Source: Mobula hypostoma (taxonomy: Eukaryota). Taken from it: a stretch of DNA of 64,000 bases. Where the stretch lies: contig NC_086109.1 in assembly GCF_963921235.1 (NCBI RefSeq), positions 21,764,001 to 21,828,000 of the forward strand, written 5' to 3'. Under the pieces are notes generated by a model, which was given only the letters and a program-made list of their open reading frames with translations, was not told the DNA's origin and searched no databases. The stretch's first letter is position 1. Each line of letters opens with the position of its first letter. Below are positions 1 to 13,290 of this stretch, piece after piece. The position numbers and the translations under genes were made by a program.

Positions 1-156
1 TCCCCCACTATAATCTATGTAGACCACTTTACATATACTACTAATATTTATTAATAAAAATAAGCATTATTATTTACTAATTAAAAAATCAGCTGTTGAT
101 ATTGTAAATCTGAAATACAAGAATGAAAATGCTGGAAACATTCAACAGGTTGGATA

Positions 157-357
157 ACACACATCAAAGTTGCTGGTGAACGCAGCAGGCCAGGCAGCAT
201 CTCTAGGAAGAGGTACAGTCGACGTTTCAGGCCAAGACCCTTCGTTGACTGTACCTCTTCCTAGAGATGCTGCCTGGCCTGCTGCGTTCACCAGCAACTT
301 TGATGTGTGTTGCTTGAATTTCCAGCATCTGCAGATTTCCTCGTGTTTGCTTTTTTA
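157..357. mobile_element. PLE 3'-end fold-back insertion, nested in an older PLE end
   Basis: Minus arm 157-244 and plus arm 245-350 join inside the hammerhead motif. TSD AACAGGTTGG(A/G)TA at 144-156 and 358-370. Confidence 0.85.
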
Positions 358-634
358 AACAGGTTGGGTAGGATCTTTGGAAAGAGAGAAAGCATTATAG
401 GTTGAAGATTGATGCTGCCTGCCCTGCAAAATTACTCCAGCATCTTATTTTTTTTATCAACCTTCCATGGTACTTCCTCAAATCATTCAGTCATTGGTCG
501 GAACAACCTTCCCTGACCAAATTCAAGCTGTCAGACCCTGCTTAATGAGTCCATTTCTAAACAATGGTTCATGTTGTTTACTTTCTCTTCTCTCGCTTTT
601 TTTATGTTGAAAATATTATAAGAGAGAGATGGAC

Positions 635-1015
635 GAAGACCATGAGACCATAAGATATAGGAGCAGAAGTAGGCCATTTGGCCCATTGAATCTGCCCCAC
701 CATTCAATCATGTGCTGATCCAATTATTCCATTCATCCCCACTCTCCTGCCTTCTCCCCATACCCTTTGATACCCTGACTAATCAAGAAGCTATCTATCT
801 CTGCCTTAAATGCACCCAATGACTTGCCCTCCACAGCTGCTCATGGAAACAAGTTCCACAGATTTACCATTCTCTGACTAAAGTAATTTCTCCACATCTC
901 TGTTCTAAATGGATGTCCTTCAAACCTGAAGTCATGCCCTCTTGTCCTAGTCTCCCCTAACATGGGAAATAAGATTGCCATTTCTAATCAGTTCAGGCCA
1001 TTTAACATTTGGAAT
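635..1015 (-). mobile_element. CR1-type LINE 3' fragment
   Basis: Starts with the reversed tail (AGACCAT repeats, ...GATATAGGAGCAGAAGTAGGCC) and resembles the CR1 3' ends at 5565 and 51240. Confidence 0.7.
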
Positions 1016-1253
1016 GTTGAAGAGAGGGAAAGGTAGAGGTAACAGAAACAATGAAAAGAGAAGAGAAAAGGGGGAGAGGGAGAGGAGGGGTCTGGGAGAG
1101 AAGCAAGGGAATATTGGCAGAATATAGACCAATGTTCCATATATACTGTCCCACCATATCTTTCGAAAGGTACTTTTGAATTGATTTAGATGGAGCAAAT
1201 TTTCTGGAAACATTGGGTTCTGCAAGTACAAAATTGCACTAAAGTGTGGAAAT

Positions 1254-1477
1254 CCAATCACAAACGAGAGAAAATCTGCAGATGCTGGAAATCTGAGCAA
1301 CACACATAAAATGCTAGAGGAACTCAGCGGGCCGGGCAGCATCTCTGGAAAAAAAGTACAGTCAATGTTTCAGGCCAAGACCCTTCGGCAGGATGTCTCA
1401 GCCCAAAACATTGACTGTACTTTTTTCCATAGATGCTGCCTGGTCTGCTGAGTTCCTCCAGCACTTTGTGTGTGTTG
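1254..1477. mobile_element. PLE 3'-end fold-back insertion (second subfamily)
   Basis: Inverted arms meet at a decayed hammerhead. TSD CTAAA(G/A)TGTGGAAAT at 1239-1253 and 1478-1492. Confidence 0.8.
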
Positions 1478-2084
1478 CTAAAATGTGGAAATATTGTATA
1501 CATGGTGGAAATGCCAAATTCTCATCAAACTTAACAAGCTATAACTTGTGACTCAAATATCATGGCTTTTTAAATCTCTCTGATTCAATAATGTCCATTT
1601 TGAGAAGAAAACTTAAGATTTCTTACCCTGTCAGGTATCTGTGCTTCTAGACTAGCACCACTCTAGTTGTCTCTTCAGTGAATTGGCTCAGGAAACTGTT
1701 CAGTTGATGCAATCTGTGAGACTCACAACTCTCAGCTACATGAGGTGTGAGCTCCCACAATCAAGTCATAAAAAATTACTTTTTTTCCTTAGAAGACTGC
1801 ATTGTGCTTCCTAGTAATCTAACCAACCTCACCTGGTCACCTAGTAGTCCCACCCCAAATCCAACTAAGAAATACAATTGTTCAAGAGAATCTTAAATCA
1901 TACTTGCTTACAGATTTGTCTTAGATTTTGTTAATGCATTGTCCTAGGATACTCTTAGGGGGGGCTGACCACCTTCATTAAATGTTTGTTTATACCTCTG
2001 AATATATGTATGTTTGTACCTCCCAGTATTAATCATTCATCTATCATCACTGATAAAGCCACCCATTATATGCTCGAAGTTCAA

Positions 2085-2820
2085 AAACCATGTCAAAGTT
2101 CAAAAAGTTCAAAGTAAATTTTATTATCAAAGTACGTATATGTCACCATAAACAACACTGAGATTCATTTTCTTATGGACATACTCAGCAAACCTATAGA
2201 ATATTAACTATAGCAGGATCAACTAGGGCATTCAACCAGAGTGCTGAAGACAACAAACTGGTGCAAATGCAAATAAAAATAAGTAGCAATATATAACAAG
2301 AACATGAAATGAGGAGTCCTTGAAAGTGAATCCATTGGTTGTGGGAACATTTCAATGATAGGGCAAGTGAAGTTGAGTGAAGTTATCCCCTTTGGTTCAA
2401 GAGCCTGAAGATTGAGGGGTTGTAACCGTTCTTGAACCTGGTGGTGCAAGTCCTGAGGCTCTTGTACCTTCTACCTGATGACAGCAGCGAGTAGAGAGGA
2501 TGAGCTGGGTTGTGTGGATCCTACCACAGTGCTTCATGTAGGTGTGCTCGATGGTTGGAGGGCTCTACCCATAATGTACTGGGCTGAATCCACCACCTTT
2601 TGTAGGATTTTCTGTTCAAAGGCATTGGTGTTTCCATACCAGGTTGTGATGCAGCCAGTCAATATACTCTCCACCACACATCTACAGAAGTTTGTCAAAG
2701 TTTTAGATGTCATGCCGAAAATTCTCAGGAAGGTACTTGCTGGGCCTGGGACAAGTCTTCTGAAATAGTAACACCTAGGAATTTAAAGTGTCTAACCCTC
2801 TCCACCCCTGATGCTCCAAT
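2085..2820 (-). mobile_element. Rex/Babar- or L2-like LINE 3' fragment
   Basis: AAAGTTC tail repeats followed by the reversed 3' UTR and RT C-terminus. Same family as 28935-29520 and 50350-50900. Clade assignment is from memory. Confidence 0.6.
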
Positions 2821-3475
2821 CAGTGATATTTGTGGAAGATTGTGCTTAAGATTGCAGGCTACATCACAGCAATGTTTACGCTTTTCTCTAAATCCCTGTG
2901 GAACATTATGAAATTATAAGGTACTATATAAGTACCAGATCTTAACTGTTTTTGCATCCACAGGGGCATTAAAGTCATCCAATTGTTCCAATTTTCTAAA
3001 CCAGAAAATTAAAATATAAACATTCTCTAAAAAAAAACCTGACTAATGCTGAATATATTAATGAATAATGAAGTGCTACAAACCCTGTAGCGAGCTAGAT
3101 CACATGCAATTAAAGCACTTGTCACATATCTTACAGTTTGAAAGCACATAACTGCAAACTGGGTAATTCACCGTCTTCTCATTTCCAAGGCTCCATCTGA
3201 AGCTAACCAAATTTCAAAGGAGAAGAAAGACCTACAATGTGGCATCATTTTTCGTGACCACCGGATATCACAAAACGCAACTAATGGAAATCTGGGATGA
3301 GTAATCCCTTGCAAGACAATGCCAAACATACCAGTCAATATTGAAGATCCAAGAATCAAGATTGTTTATTGTCATTCTTCAGTACAGGAGTGTAAAGGAG
3401 AACAAAGTAATCGTTACTCCTGGATCCGATGCAGCATAAAGAACACAAAATAGCTTAAAAATAGCACAATAAATA

Positions 3476-4046
3476 TACACTCAGTCGGTTCTTTATTAGG
3501 TACCTCCTGTTCTTAATAAAGTGGTCACTGAGTGTATGTTCGTGCTCTTCTGCTGCTGTAGCCCATCCACTTTAAGGTTCAACGTGTCCTGCATTCAGAG
3601 ATGCTCTTCTCCACACCACTGTTCTAACACGTGGTTATTTGAGTTACTGTTGCCTTCCTGTCCGCTTGAACCAGTCTGGCCATTCTCCCCTGACCTCTCT
3701 CATTGACAAGGTGTTTTCACTCACAAAATGCTGCTCACTGGATGTTTTTTTTCTTTCGTTTTTCACACCGTTCTCCGTAGACTCCGGAGACTGTTGTGGG
3801 TGAACATCCCAGGAGACCAGCAGTTTCTGAGATATTCAAATCACCTTGATTGATGCCAGTTATAATTCTGTGGTCAAAGTCACTTAAATCACATTTCTCC
3901 TCAGTTCTGATGTTTGGTCTGAACAATAACTGAACATCTTGATCATGTCTGCATGCTAGTATGCAATGAGTTGCTGCCACATGATTGGCTAATTAGGTAC
4001 TTGCATTAATGAGCAGGTGTGCCTAATAAAGTAGCCACTAAGTGTA
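3476..4046 (-). mobile_element. Tc1/mariner deletion derivative
   Basis: TIR-like ends TACACTCAGT..CTTTATTAGGTAC and GTGCCTAATAAAGTAGCCACTAAGTGTA. Decayed transposase HTH remnant DLSDFDHRIITG...NISETAGLLGCSPTTVSGVY. Confidence 0.75.
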
Positions 4047-4084
4047 AATATAAAAGCAATCCTATGAAACACAATATATAAGTA

Positions 4085-4466
4085 TTGCCCCATCCGTTAT
4101 TTATTTATATACACACATTCTTTCTCTCTCTCTCCTTTTTCTCCCTCTGTCCCTCTGACTATACCCCTTGCCCATCCTCTGGGTTTTTCCCCCCTCCGCC
4201 TTTTCCTTCTCCCTGGGCCTCCTGTCCCATGATCCTCTCATATCCCTTTTGCCAATCACCTGTCCAACTCTTGGCTCCATCCCTCCCCCTCCTGTCTTCT
4301 CCTATCATTTTGGATCTCCCCCTCCCCCTCCCACTTTCAAATCTCTTACTAGCTCTTCCTTCAGTTAGTCCTGACGAAGGGTCTTGGCCCAAAACGTCGA
4401 CCGTACCTCTTCCAATAGATGCTGCCTGGCCTGCTGCGTTCACCAGCAACTTTTATGCGTGTTGCT
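4085..4466 (+). mobile_element. PLE 3' end (single arm) with hammerhead motif
   Basis: Matches the 3' UTR downstream of the ORF at 30093. Hammerhead motif near 4367-4402 has GAAA mutated to AAAA. TSD TATAAGTA at 4077-4084 and 4467-4474. Confidence 0.85.
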
Positions 4467-5564
4467 TATAAGTAAGTGTTATGTGTGGCCGTATATACAT
4501 TATAAAATTAGCTTGTAGATATGGACTGGATAGTGGAGTGTAAGTACAAACTGGCAGTGCCTGAGGGGTGAAGGGTGCTGAGGGGCTTTTGTGGTATTGG
4601 GGACAGTTAGTGGTTCAAGGTGTTGATCAGCCTGACTGCTTGGGGGGAAGCAACTGTTTTTTGAGTCTAATGGTCCTGGTATGGATACCTGGAGCACTAT
4701 GTGTGTTTATCAAAGTTCAAAGTACATTTATTATCAAAGTACATATAGGTCGCCATATACCACCTTGAGCCTCATTTTTCTGTGGGCATTCACAGTAAGT
4801 ACTGTACAAAGAAGTACAATAGAATCAATGAAAAACTGCACATAAGATGGACAAATGACAATGTGCAAATACAAAAAGCAATATTAATAATAATAATAAA
4901 TAAATATTCAATAATGTCAATTTGTCTATGTTTGTGTGTCTGTGTACTCATGTATTTCTGTGATATACCAGTGAGTCACAGTCAGCTAACTAATGTACTG
5001 GAGTGAGAGATATTCCTCTGCTTTAGTCTCTAGAGTAAGCTAAAGGCAGAGTTAAGGCACAGCATAGAAGTAGTTGGTTTATCTTAGGATTGAAATGCGA
5101 AGCAGAAAGGCCTATGGAGAGAACGATAATCACAGCCCCTGTCCCTGGATAGGAATTCTCTTTGTTGTCCAAAGAATAAGTGGAGAAATTTATCAGCTGA
5201 CTGATGAACTTTCTGTGCCCTTTGACCTTTCATCACTGAGCTGTCAAACAACAGATCCTGATTCCATTTCAAGAGACAGAGGGATAGACTACGTTCAAAC
5301 AGAGAACAGCTCCTGCGCATCAGCCTTGTGCGCGCTGTCAGGCATCAAACAGAGAGAGGCATTAACAGAGGTCACAAGAACAGCAGCCGCACTTGAAAGT
5401 CCGCCAAACAAAGCACAAGACAGCCCCCTTAAACTCTGCACTGATTAAAGGGAAAGGTGCCTTGTGGATTAAACAAGAAAGTAAGAAAGGCTTGCATATG
5501 ATGAAGTACTTTTAAAGTTTAGCAATGATTATAAATTGTGTTTGTCTGACTACTGCTTTAGTAT

Positions 5565-6575
5565 CCATAAGACCATATGACATAGGAGCAGAATGAGGCT
5601 ATTTGGCCCATCAAGTCTGCTCTGCCATTCGATCGTGACTGATTTATTTTCCCTCTCAACCCCACTCTCTTGCCTTCTCCCTGAAACCTTTAATACCCTT
5701 GCTAATGAAGAACCTATCAACCTCTGTTTTAAATATACCCAATGACTTGGCCTCCACAGCAGTCTGTGGCAAATGATTCCACTGATTCACAATTATCATC
5801 TCTGTTCTAAAAGGATATTCTCTTATTCAGAGGCTGTACCACTGGTCCTAGGCTCTCCTAATATTGAAAACATCCTCGCCAGATAGACTCTATCTAAGCC
5901 TTTCAATATTAGGTAGGTTTCAGTCAGATTTATAACCATATAATAATTACAGCACAGAAACAGGCCACCTCAGCCCTTTTAGTTCTTGTCCCTCACTCTT
6001 CTAAGCTTCAATGAGTACATGCCCAGAGCCATTAAACACTCCTCGCATATTAACCCTTTCATTCCCAGGATCATTCTCATAAACCTCCTCTGGACCTTCT
6101 CCAGTGCCAGCACATCCTTTCTTAGGGTCAAAAACTGCTCACAGTACTCCAGATGCGGTCAGACCAATGACTTACTACATAAAGGCTCAGCATTACACTA
6201 TTGCCTTTATATTCTAGTCCTCTTGAAATAAATGCTAACATTGCATTTGCCTTCCTTAGTACCAACTCAGCCTGCAAGGTAACTTTTAAGGAATCCATAC
6301 TGGGACCCTTATACAGTACTTCGAATTTCTGAATTTGCTCCCCATTTAGGAAATAGTATTTGCCTTTATTCCTTCTACCAAAGTGCATGACCATACATTT
6401 CCCTACACGGTATTCCATCTACCACTTCTTTGCCCTTTTGCCAAATCCGTCTAAGTCTTTCTGCAAAATCCCCACTTCCTCAACACTACCTGACCCTCCA
6501 CCTATCCTTGTGCTATCAGCAAACCTGGTCACAAAGCCATCAGTTCCATCACCCAGATCATCAACATATAACATG
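5565..6575 (-). mobile_element. CR1 LINE 3' fragment (decayed ORF2 C-terminus)
   Basis: Remnants MEYRVGKCMVMHFGRRN and KANAMLAFISRGLEYK; tail at 5565. Confidence 0.8.
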
Positions 6576-7094
6576 TGAAGTAGGGGACACCACCCTTATA
6601 AATTGTAGTTACGTCCTCAAGAAGCTCAATCCAGACTGTAAGAAATGTCTTTTCCTGCACATGGTTGAGAAATTAAGTGTTTTTGTATTTGTTTTTATGG
6701 TGTTCAAATCTAGCGGCTCCACAGTGGCACCAAGTGGCTAGTGTATGGAACTACAAGGTCACATGAAAGGGAAAATCCTATTAAAAACGTGACATGGCTA
6801 GTGTCACCAGATCAGAACTCATTTAATATTTGAAAGAAGCATAGACACTGTTGTTAAGAACTTCTAAATGGAGAAATGACAGTATTGAACAATTTAATAA
6901 TATATATGTAAATATATTGATATTAATAGATCAGGCAAGGACGGCAAATTAGAACTAAATTGTCAGCCCTCAGAGCCAGCCAACACATGTATGATGGTCC
7001 TAAAAGTCTTCTCCTGTACTATAAAACCCTCTAATTCTACATTACCTATGAAAATAAGCCTGTTTTGTTTAATAGATAAAACAGAAGTAAAACA

Positions 7095-7232
7095 GTCTCA
7101 ATGAGGGGCCTCGGCCGAAACGTTGACTGTTTATTCCTCTCCATAAATGCTGCCTGACCTGCTGAGCTCCTCCGAAATTTTGTGTGCGTTGCTCCGGATT
7201 TCCAGCATCTGCAGAATCTCATGTGTTTGAGC
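7095..7232 (+). mobile_element. PLE 3' end, older subfamily
   Basis: Decayed hammerhead (ATGAGGGGCCTCGGCCGAAACGTTGACT) followed by the conserved 3' end and tail. Confidence 0.7.
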
Positions 7233-8311
7233 TTAATTTTCAGAAATGAATTTTGTGGCAATTAATCCTGGTTTAGCCCTAGTCCTGCACAGGCTGAGAG
7301 AGGTTAGAGAAAAAACACTGTGAGTTCTGAACAAGATTTGAAGGTTACCAAGAATAGAACATAGTCCTTCTACCCAACTCCAACCAGTCGTGATACCCAA
7401 TTACAATTGTGATATGTGGGTACGGTGTATTATGCAGGAATATTGGAATTTTGTATCACTGGAGCATTAGAGTCAGAAACAGACACAGGACAGTGATGCA
7501 GAAGAGTGGGAATGCACTGAGGATATGAAGATTGAAATAGTTGGTGTGTAGGACTGCAGGAACAATGGAATCTAATAAGAATATCAGAAAGAAAACTATG
7601 AAAGCAGACTGTAGGAAGGGCAGAAAGTACAGATGTATTAGAACAAGAATAAATGAAACTAAGAACTGAGGAGATAGAAACGCAGGCGATGAAAGTGCAT
7701 GGGACTATTTGGGAATGGAATGTAATAAGATACAAAAGTAGGAATTTTGGAGAATAGTGGTTTTGGAATAAAGGAAGATGAAACATAGGAAGTTCGAAAA
7801 ACATGAATGTTGTAATATTAGGAAGTACAAAGATCAGAAAATTGGAAATGTAAGAAATTCAAAAGTTGAAATGAAGAAACAAAAGGATGGGAATATCAGA
7901 ACACTGGAAAGTTAGCATGATGGCACAAAGGAGCCAGCAACATGGTTCATCATAACTATGGCAATTGACAATGTGTAGGATTATAGATTGTTGGCATGTA
8001 GGATTTTAAATTCATCTTACAGGATTTGGTGTTGCTAGCAAGGCTAGCATTTATTAGTCATCCTTAACTGTTCTTGTTCAGTTGGGTGACTTGCTCAACT
8101 ATGTGAGAAGGCATTTAAGTCAACCACATGGGACAAGCCTGGAGTCATGTATAGCCAAACCAGGTAATATTGGCAGATCACATGCTGTTAAGAATATTAA
8201 CAAATTAGATGTGTTTTTTTATAACAATCTGGTGGTGTTTGTGGTAATCATTACTAAGACAAGTTTTTTTAAAAATCCAAATTCCAGAGTGTTAATCTAA
8301 TTGAGTGCTGT

Positions 8312-8374
8312 CACAAACAAGAGAAAATCTGCAGATGCTGGAAGTCAAGTTCCCCAGCATTCTGTGTGTGTTGT
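8312..8374. mobile_element. Minimal 63-bp PLE inversion insertion
   Basis: Reversed tail joined to the forward pre-tail segment. Perfect 14-bp TSD TAATTGAGTGCTGT at 8298-8311 and 8375-8388. Confidence 0.8.
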
Positions 8375-10849
8375 TAATTGAGTGCTGTTGTAGACCTGAT
8401 GATAAGGATGATGGTTGCATGTCATCATGAAGCAAATATTCAAGACTGTTTAATGTCTGTTCCAGAACATAAATATAAAGGGAAACAAAACTATTGTCAC
8501 TCCAGGTCTGATACAGCACAAAAAACACACACAGTAAGAAAAGGAATTCAATAATAAAAAAAAACACAATAAATATAAACACATAGATAGCTTATATACA
8601 TAGATTGATTGTATGTCATAAAGTGACTCCAGCACATGAGTGTCCGTACATAAGGTGACTCTGACAGGAAAAGGTAAAGTAGTGGAGTATGTGGTATGGT
8701 GAACCTTCACACATAAGCTGGAGATTAACTTCTGTGAACAGCCAAATTTAAGGAAAGTTTTCCATAGTCCTTTCCTGTTGGTGAATCCAATAGTTTTTGT
8801 GAATTTGGAATTTGTAGAGTGTTGGTGTTACTCCCTGCTTTCTCATAATGTGATTATGTCAACTGTGCCTCTAGATGGATGGAATCCAAAACTTCAATTC
8901 AGGGAGCAACTTTTCTGCCAATGGGTAGAAGCAGTTGAGGAGGACCATTGCAATGGCTTTCCGTCTGGCAACCAACAGGAAATATCCATGTCTTTATGAC
9001 TTGCCTCCTTTCTTGAAGACATATCGAGGCATCATGTCACAGTTACACAAAACATTGAGTCGCTTCTCAGATGTCAATTCCTATGGATTTCAAGGTAGCC
9101 TATATGCAACTCTTGTTAGCTGGGAGACATGTTGGTGAGGTGTCACTTTTATGGGGTCCTTGAATGCTTGAGCTTTGATCATGCAGTAGAATTTCTGTTG
9201 ATGTTGGTAACTTGGGGCCAAGTTGATAGAGATAACAGAACAGTTATTGGTGCCTATCATAGTCCAGGTGATATCAAAGTTGATAGATTCCAGGGACAGA
9301 GAGGTACAAGCGAATGGTGGCTGTTGGTGCGAGACAGTTTTTAAAGTTGAAAAGCCATTGCACTGGAGCACTTTCTCGACCTCAGAAGTTCGGGTCCAGT
9401 GGTACAAAGAAGTCATCATAAACTGGGGACTTCCTTGGTTGCAGTAGATGACCATGACATCTTCTGTGCCATGTCATGTCCTTCGCTCTGCATGAAGCGT
9501 TGTAGAGCTGCCTTCTTGGCTGTTGGATTTTGCCATTGATTTCACCCGTCCAGGCTGCTAGAGCTGACTTCACTTGTTCGGACTGGCATGTCCCTATCTC
9601 ACTGGTGTATGAGGCCCACCGGCTAACATCACCTGGTCTAGCCTACCTGTCTAAGCTGTGTACTGGGGTGTGGCCACTGGCGCATGCAAACAGCTACTTG
9701 GAGCCACAGGTGAGCTGAGTAGCCAGTGGGGACCAAAGGTGAGCGATCTGCCCCAGAATGGACATGACAAGCCTCTTCTCCAGAGGTGCTACCCCACCCT
9801 TGATGCCCTAGCACCATACTAGTGAATAATAATGGTCTTATAACTATTGTTGTGTAGCTTGGGGATAGTTGACAGTTAAGCATTTATCTCTAGAAAAATG
9901 ACAAAAGGAATTCCTTCTATGGGGAGATGGATCCAGGAGAAATGGGTCATTCCACAAGAGTGTCAGCTTCCTTTAATATAAAGAGACCTTTCTGTTCCTC
10001 TGCTATGCCAGAGAGATACAGAAGATTGCCCATCTTTTCCGTGTCAAGGCCAGCGACCACCTTGTCTAAAGCATTGTAGTTTGGTCTGATGCTTCAGTGC
10101 TCAGTTTCAACATAAAATGCACAAATCGAAAACAAAACACGGAGTCAAAAGAAGTCAGCAGTTCTGACACACAAACAGGAAGAAAGATCGAGACACCCAA
10201 AGTAGGAAATTTCACTATTGAGTCAGAAGGCTGTGTCATGCCCAGACAGAAGTTGAGAGAGCAGGGAATGGAGGGTCACATGAATTAGATGAGAAAACTC
10301 AAGGGAAAGTTTCAACAGAGCTAAATGCTGGCATGGACTGGCTGGGCCAGACAGCCTGTTCAGTAGAAGCTGATGATTCATTCTCCAAGTTCTCTCAAGA
10401 AGGCCTCACCAGCCACTTCTCACAAGGGATTGGGGATGTTTGGAGCATAGTTTCTACTGACAACACCCAGGACAGTGCAATAGCCCTACGGTGTGACTTA
10501 GCAACCATCCAGTAATGTACTGGTGCAGGGGCATTGTATGTCCCAATCTATAGGAGACAGCGGCAACTGCCTGATGTTACTGGATAGCACATAGAACTAT
10601 AGAAATCTAACAGCTTCTTAAATGATATTGCGAGATCTAGTTGCGACAGGTACAAGTTGAAAGAATCATTTGGATAGGTATACAGGAAAAGGGGTCTAAC
10701 AGGGTGGGCACTGTGTGGACATGAATTCGTCAGGCTGAAGTGGATGTATCCATGTTCTCATGTATTGCTCTATGACTCTAGGGCGCTAGGGCTCAAAATT
10801 AAATTTATTTAGCCTTCAGGTCTACACTGGTTTCTTATTGGTCAGATCA

Positions 10850-11040
10850 CGTTTCCGACACAGTCAGATCTCTTCCCACCGCAGTCTGTACACTCTTCCC
10901 TTGACCACAGGGGTTTCCTCCAGGTGCTCTGATTTCCTCCCACATTCCAACTACAACTTGGTAGACTAATTGTACACAGGAGTATAATTGGGTGTTGTGG
11001 GCTCATTGGGCTAGAAGGGCTTGTTAACATCCTGTGTCTT
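10850..11040 (+). mobile_element. V-SINE (HE1-like) fragment
   Basis: V-domain-like motif GGGTTTCCTCCAGGTGCTCTGATTTCCTCCCACATTCCAA. Confidence 0.6.
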
Positions 11041-12500
11041 AAAATTTGGAATATAATGTGCAGTTTTTGGTCCCATATCTAAGAAAGGATATGCTGGGCA
11101 TTGGAGAAGGGTCAAAGGAGACTTGTGAGAATGGGAAGCTATTTCTAACTTGCTCTGTTTTTTATTTTAAGTTCACAGTGAGCAGTACGCTGATGTAATA
11201 GTGGTGCTTTATGGCTGTCTGTCATTCCTGTTAAGATTGCCTCTTGTTCTCCAGATACAAAAATATTAATGGAAAGTTGGAAAAAGGCCAGGTCGTATAG
11301 AACCCTTGAATAAATAACCCTTCAATGACTTGGTGATTCAAGTGCTCATCCTTATACATGTTAAAAGTAATGAGTGTATGAACTTCCATTATGTTCTCAG
11401 GTGGTTACTTGCAACTAATCTCTGGGTAAAATAAAAATTATCAACACCTTTCTGACCCTTGTATTCATCATCTTAAATCTCTTGAAAGCTAAGAACCCAC
11501 TGAACATATGTAATTTACTTCCAGCTTCTCCGGTCTAACTTCGCAGCAGAAATCCCTCAAACCTGGAAACACCCTGGTAAAATGCAGAATCTATTTTTGC
11601 CACTGGGAGGAAGAAGGCAGAAAAGTCATGGGAATATCATCATCTCCAAGTTCTCCTCCACACTCCATCCTTGGACAAATATCATCCCTGTCTCTCCCTG
11701 AACCCAGCTCACGTTGCAACGGCCTCCTCTTTTCATCTTAGTCAAGAATATATTGATTTTGTTCTGGGAATTAAAAGTGACCTTCGCCTTTTGAATCTCT
11801 TAAATTAAGACCTGTATTAAATGGTTAGTCTTTGTACTGATGAAAACTGACTGTTTAATCCTCTCTCTGCCAAGGTAATGAATTGTCACTGAGCTGATTG
11901 AAGTCTTTGCAATAGGAATTCCAGTTCACAGAGGCTTTAGTCCCAAGTGCTTGCTCACCAATCTATCTCAAGGAGAGCAGCATTTAGACACAGTCAATAG
12001 TTCACAATAGGTTTTGACTTATTCACAGAAGCGATAGATGGAGATCTGAGGTGTAGGAAGGAATTTTGGCATTTCATAATAAGATTTATACATTGCGTAA
12101 AGTAAGTTTCTTTACTAAGTAGGAAAAAAATTACTCTTTTGGGTTTTATCCAAAGGGCAAAGGAGCATTACATGGGTATAGACCATTTCTGCCCAGAAAC
12201 AGAATACATCTGAATTAACCATCTGCAGCAAATCTCCCCCTCCATCTGCTCTGTACTTATTATTGCAATAATATTGTTGGAGTAAGCATTTTTTGTTTGC
12301 CTAAATAATTAATAAATAGTACGTGAATTGCATTCGCTATGATGCTACCACGTCATTCGTGCGTGCCTCATTTAAGGTAAGAACAAAACTAAGACATTAT
12401 TCCCGGCTCCATGTTCTTATTTTGATTAGGTTTATGTTTTGGAGATACAATACATAACAGTGGCAACAGGGTATTTATAAAACAAACCCAAGATGACTAC

Positions 12501-13290
12501 TTCAAAGGTTCCAAAATTTCAAAGGTACATTTAATGTCAGAGGAATGTATACAATATACATCCTGAAATGCTTTTTCTTTGCAACCGTGCATGAAAATAG
12601 AGGAGCTCCCCCAAAGAATGAATGACAGTTAAATGTTAGAACCCCAAAGTCCCCCACAGCTCCCCTCCCTCCCAAGTGTAAGCGGCAGCGAGCAACTATC
12701 CCCCCTCCCACCACCAGCAAAAAAAAAGCACGACAGCTGTCACCGAGCACTCAAGCGTGAGCAAAGCAACAGCAAAGACACAGACTTGCAGTATCCCAAA
12801 GACTACTTGTTCACCCGGTATTCGACATACCAAAGTCTCTCTCTCTCCCTAATAAGGGAGAAAGAGGTGTCTCCGTTTCACAGCAAGAGGGGAGACATAA
12901 CCAACAACTCGCTGGTTTACGATGTTAAAAGTCCGCTGCGTCGCTTTTTCCAAGCTCTTTGCCTAAAGATCTCAGGTCTCTGGGCACACAGCCAGAGATA
13001 ATCCGTCTCCAACAACACACCAATCTCCCGCAAAGGCACCGACCTCCAATCCCTCCATCTCCAGAGCCATGAAACCTTGGTCCTCCAAAGGCAAGCAAAG
13101 CCCTTAGGCCGAGCCCTTGGCCTGCCGAACATTGGCCAGTTGTGAAACGCCAAAAGCGAGTCCCACTCCCACAAAGAACCGTAGTCAGCGTGTAACTCCA
13201 GGTCAGGTTCTTCAAATGAATCCTGAAAGGGAAAAATAGAGATATTAAAGATGGAAATAGAGCTGTTTCTGAAGATACAAGCAAAGGAGT
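12501..13290 (-). mobile_element. Unclassified non-autonomous retroposon (about 800 bp)
   Basis: Reverse-complement similarity over its length to 18660-19477 and partly to 53560-53870; (CTTTGAA)-type tail. Inserted in the Gypsy leader. Confidence 0.7.

Noticed and set aside
157..357. Fold-back units read as MITEs or DNA transposons
   Set aside because: The arms derive from a retroelement 3' end, have unequal termini, and show variable 10-16 bp TSDs.
4085..4471. Recurrent ORFs such as MPHPLFIYIHTFF... and MLVNAAGQAASLGRG... at many loci
   Set aside because: Spurious frames across the low-complexity PLE 3' UTR; they recur only because the repeat recurs.
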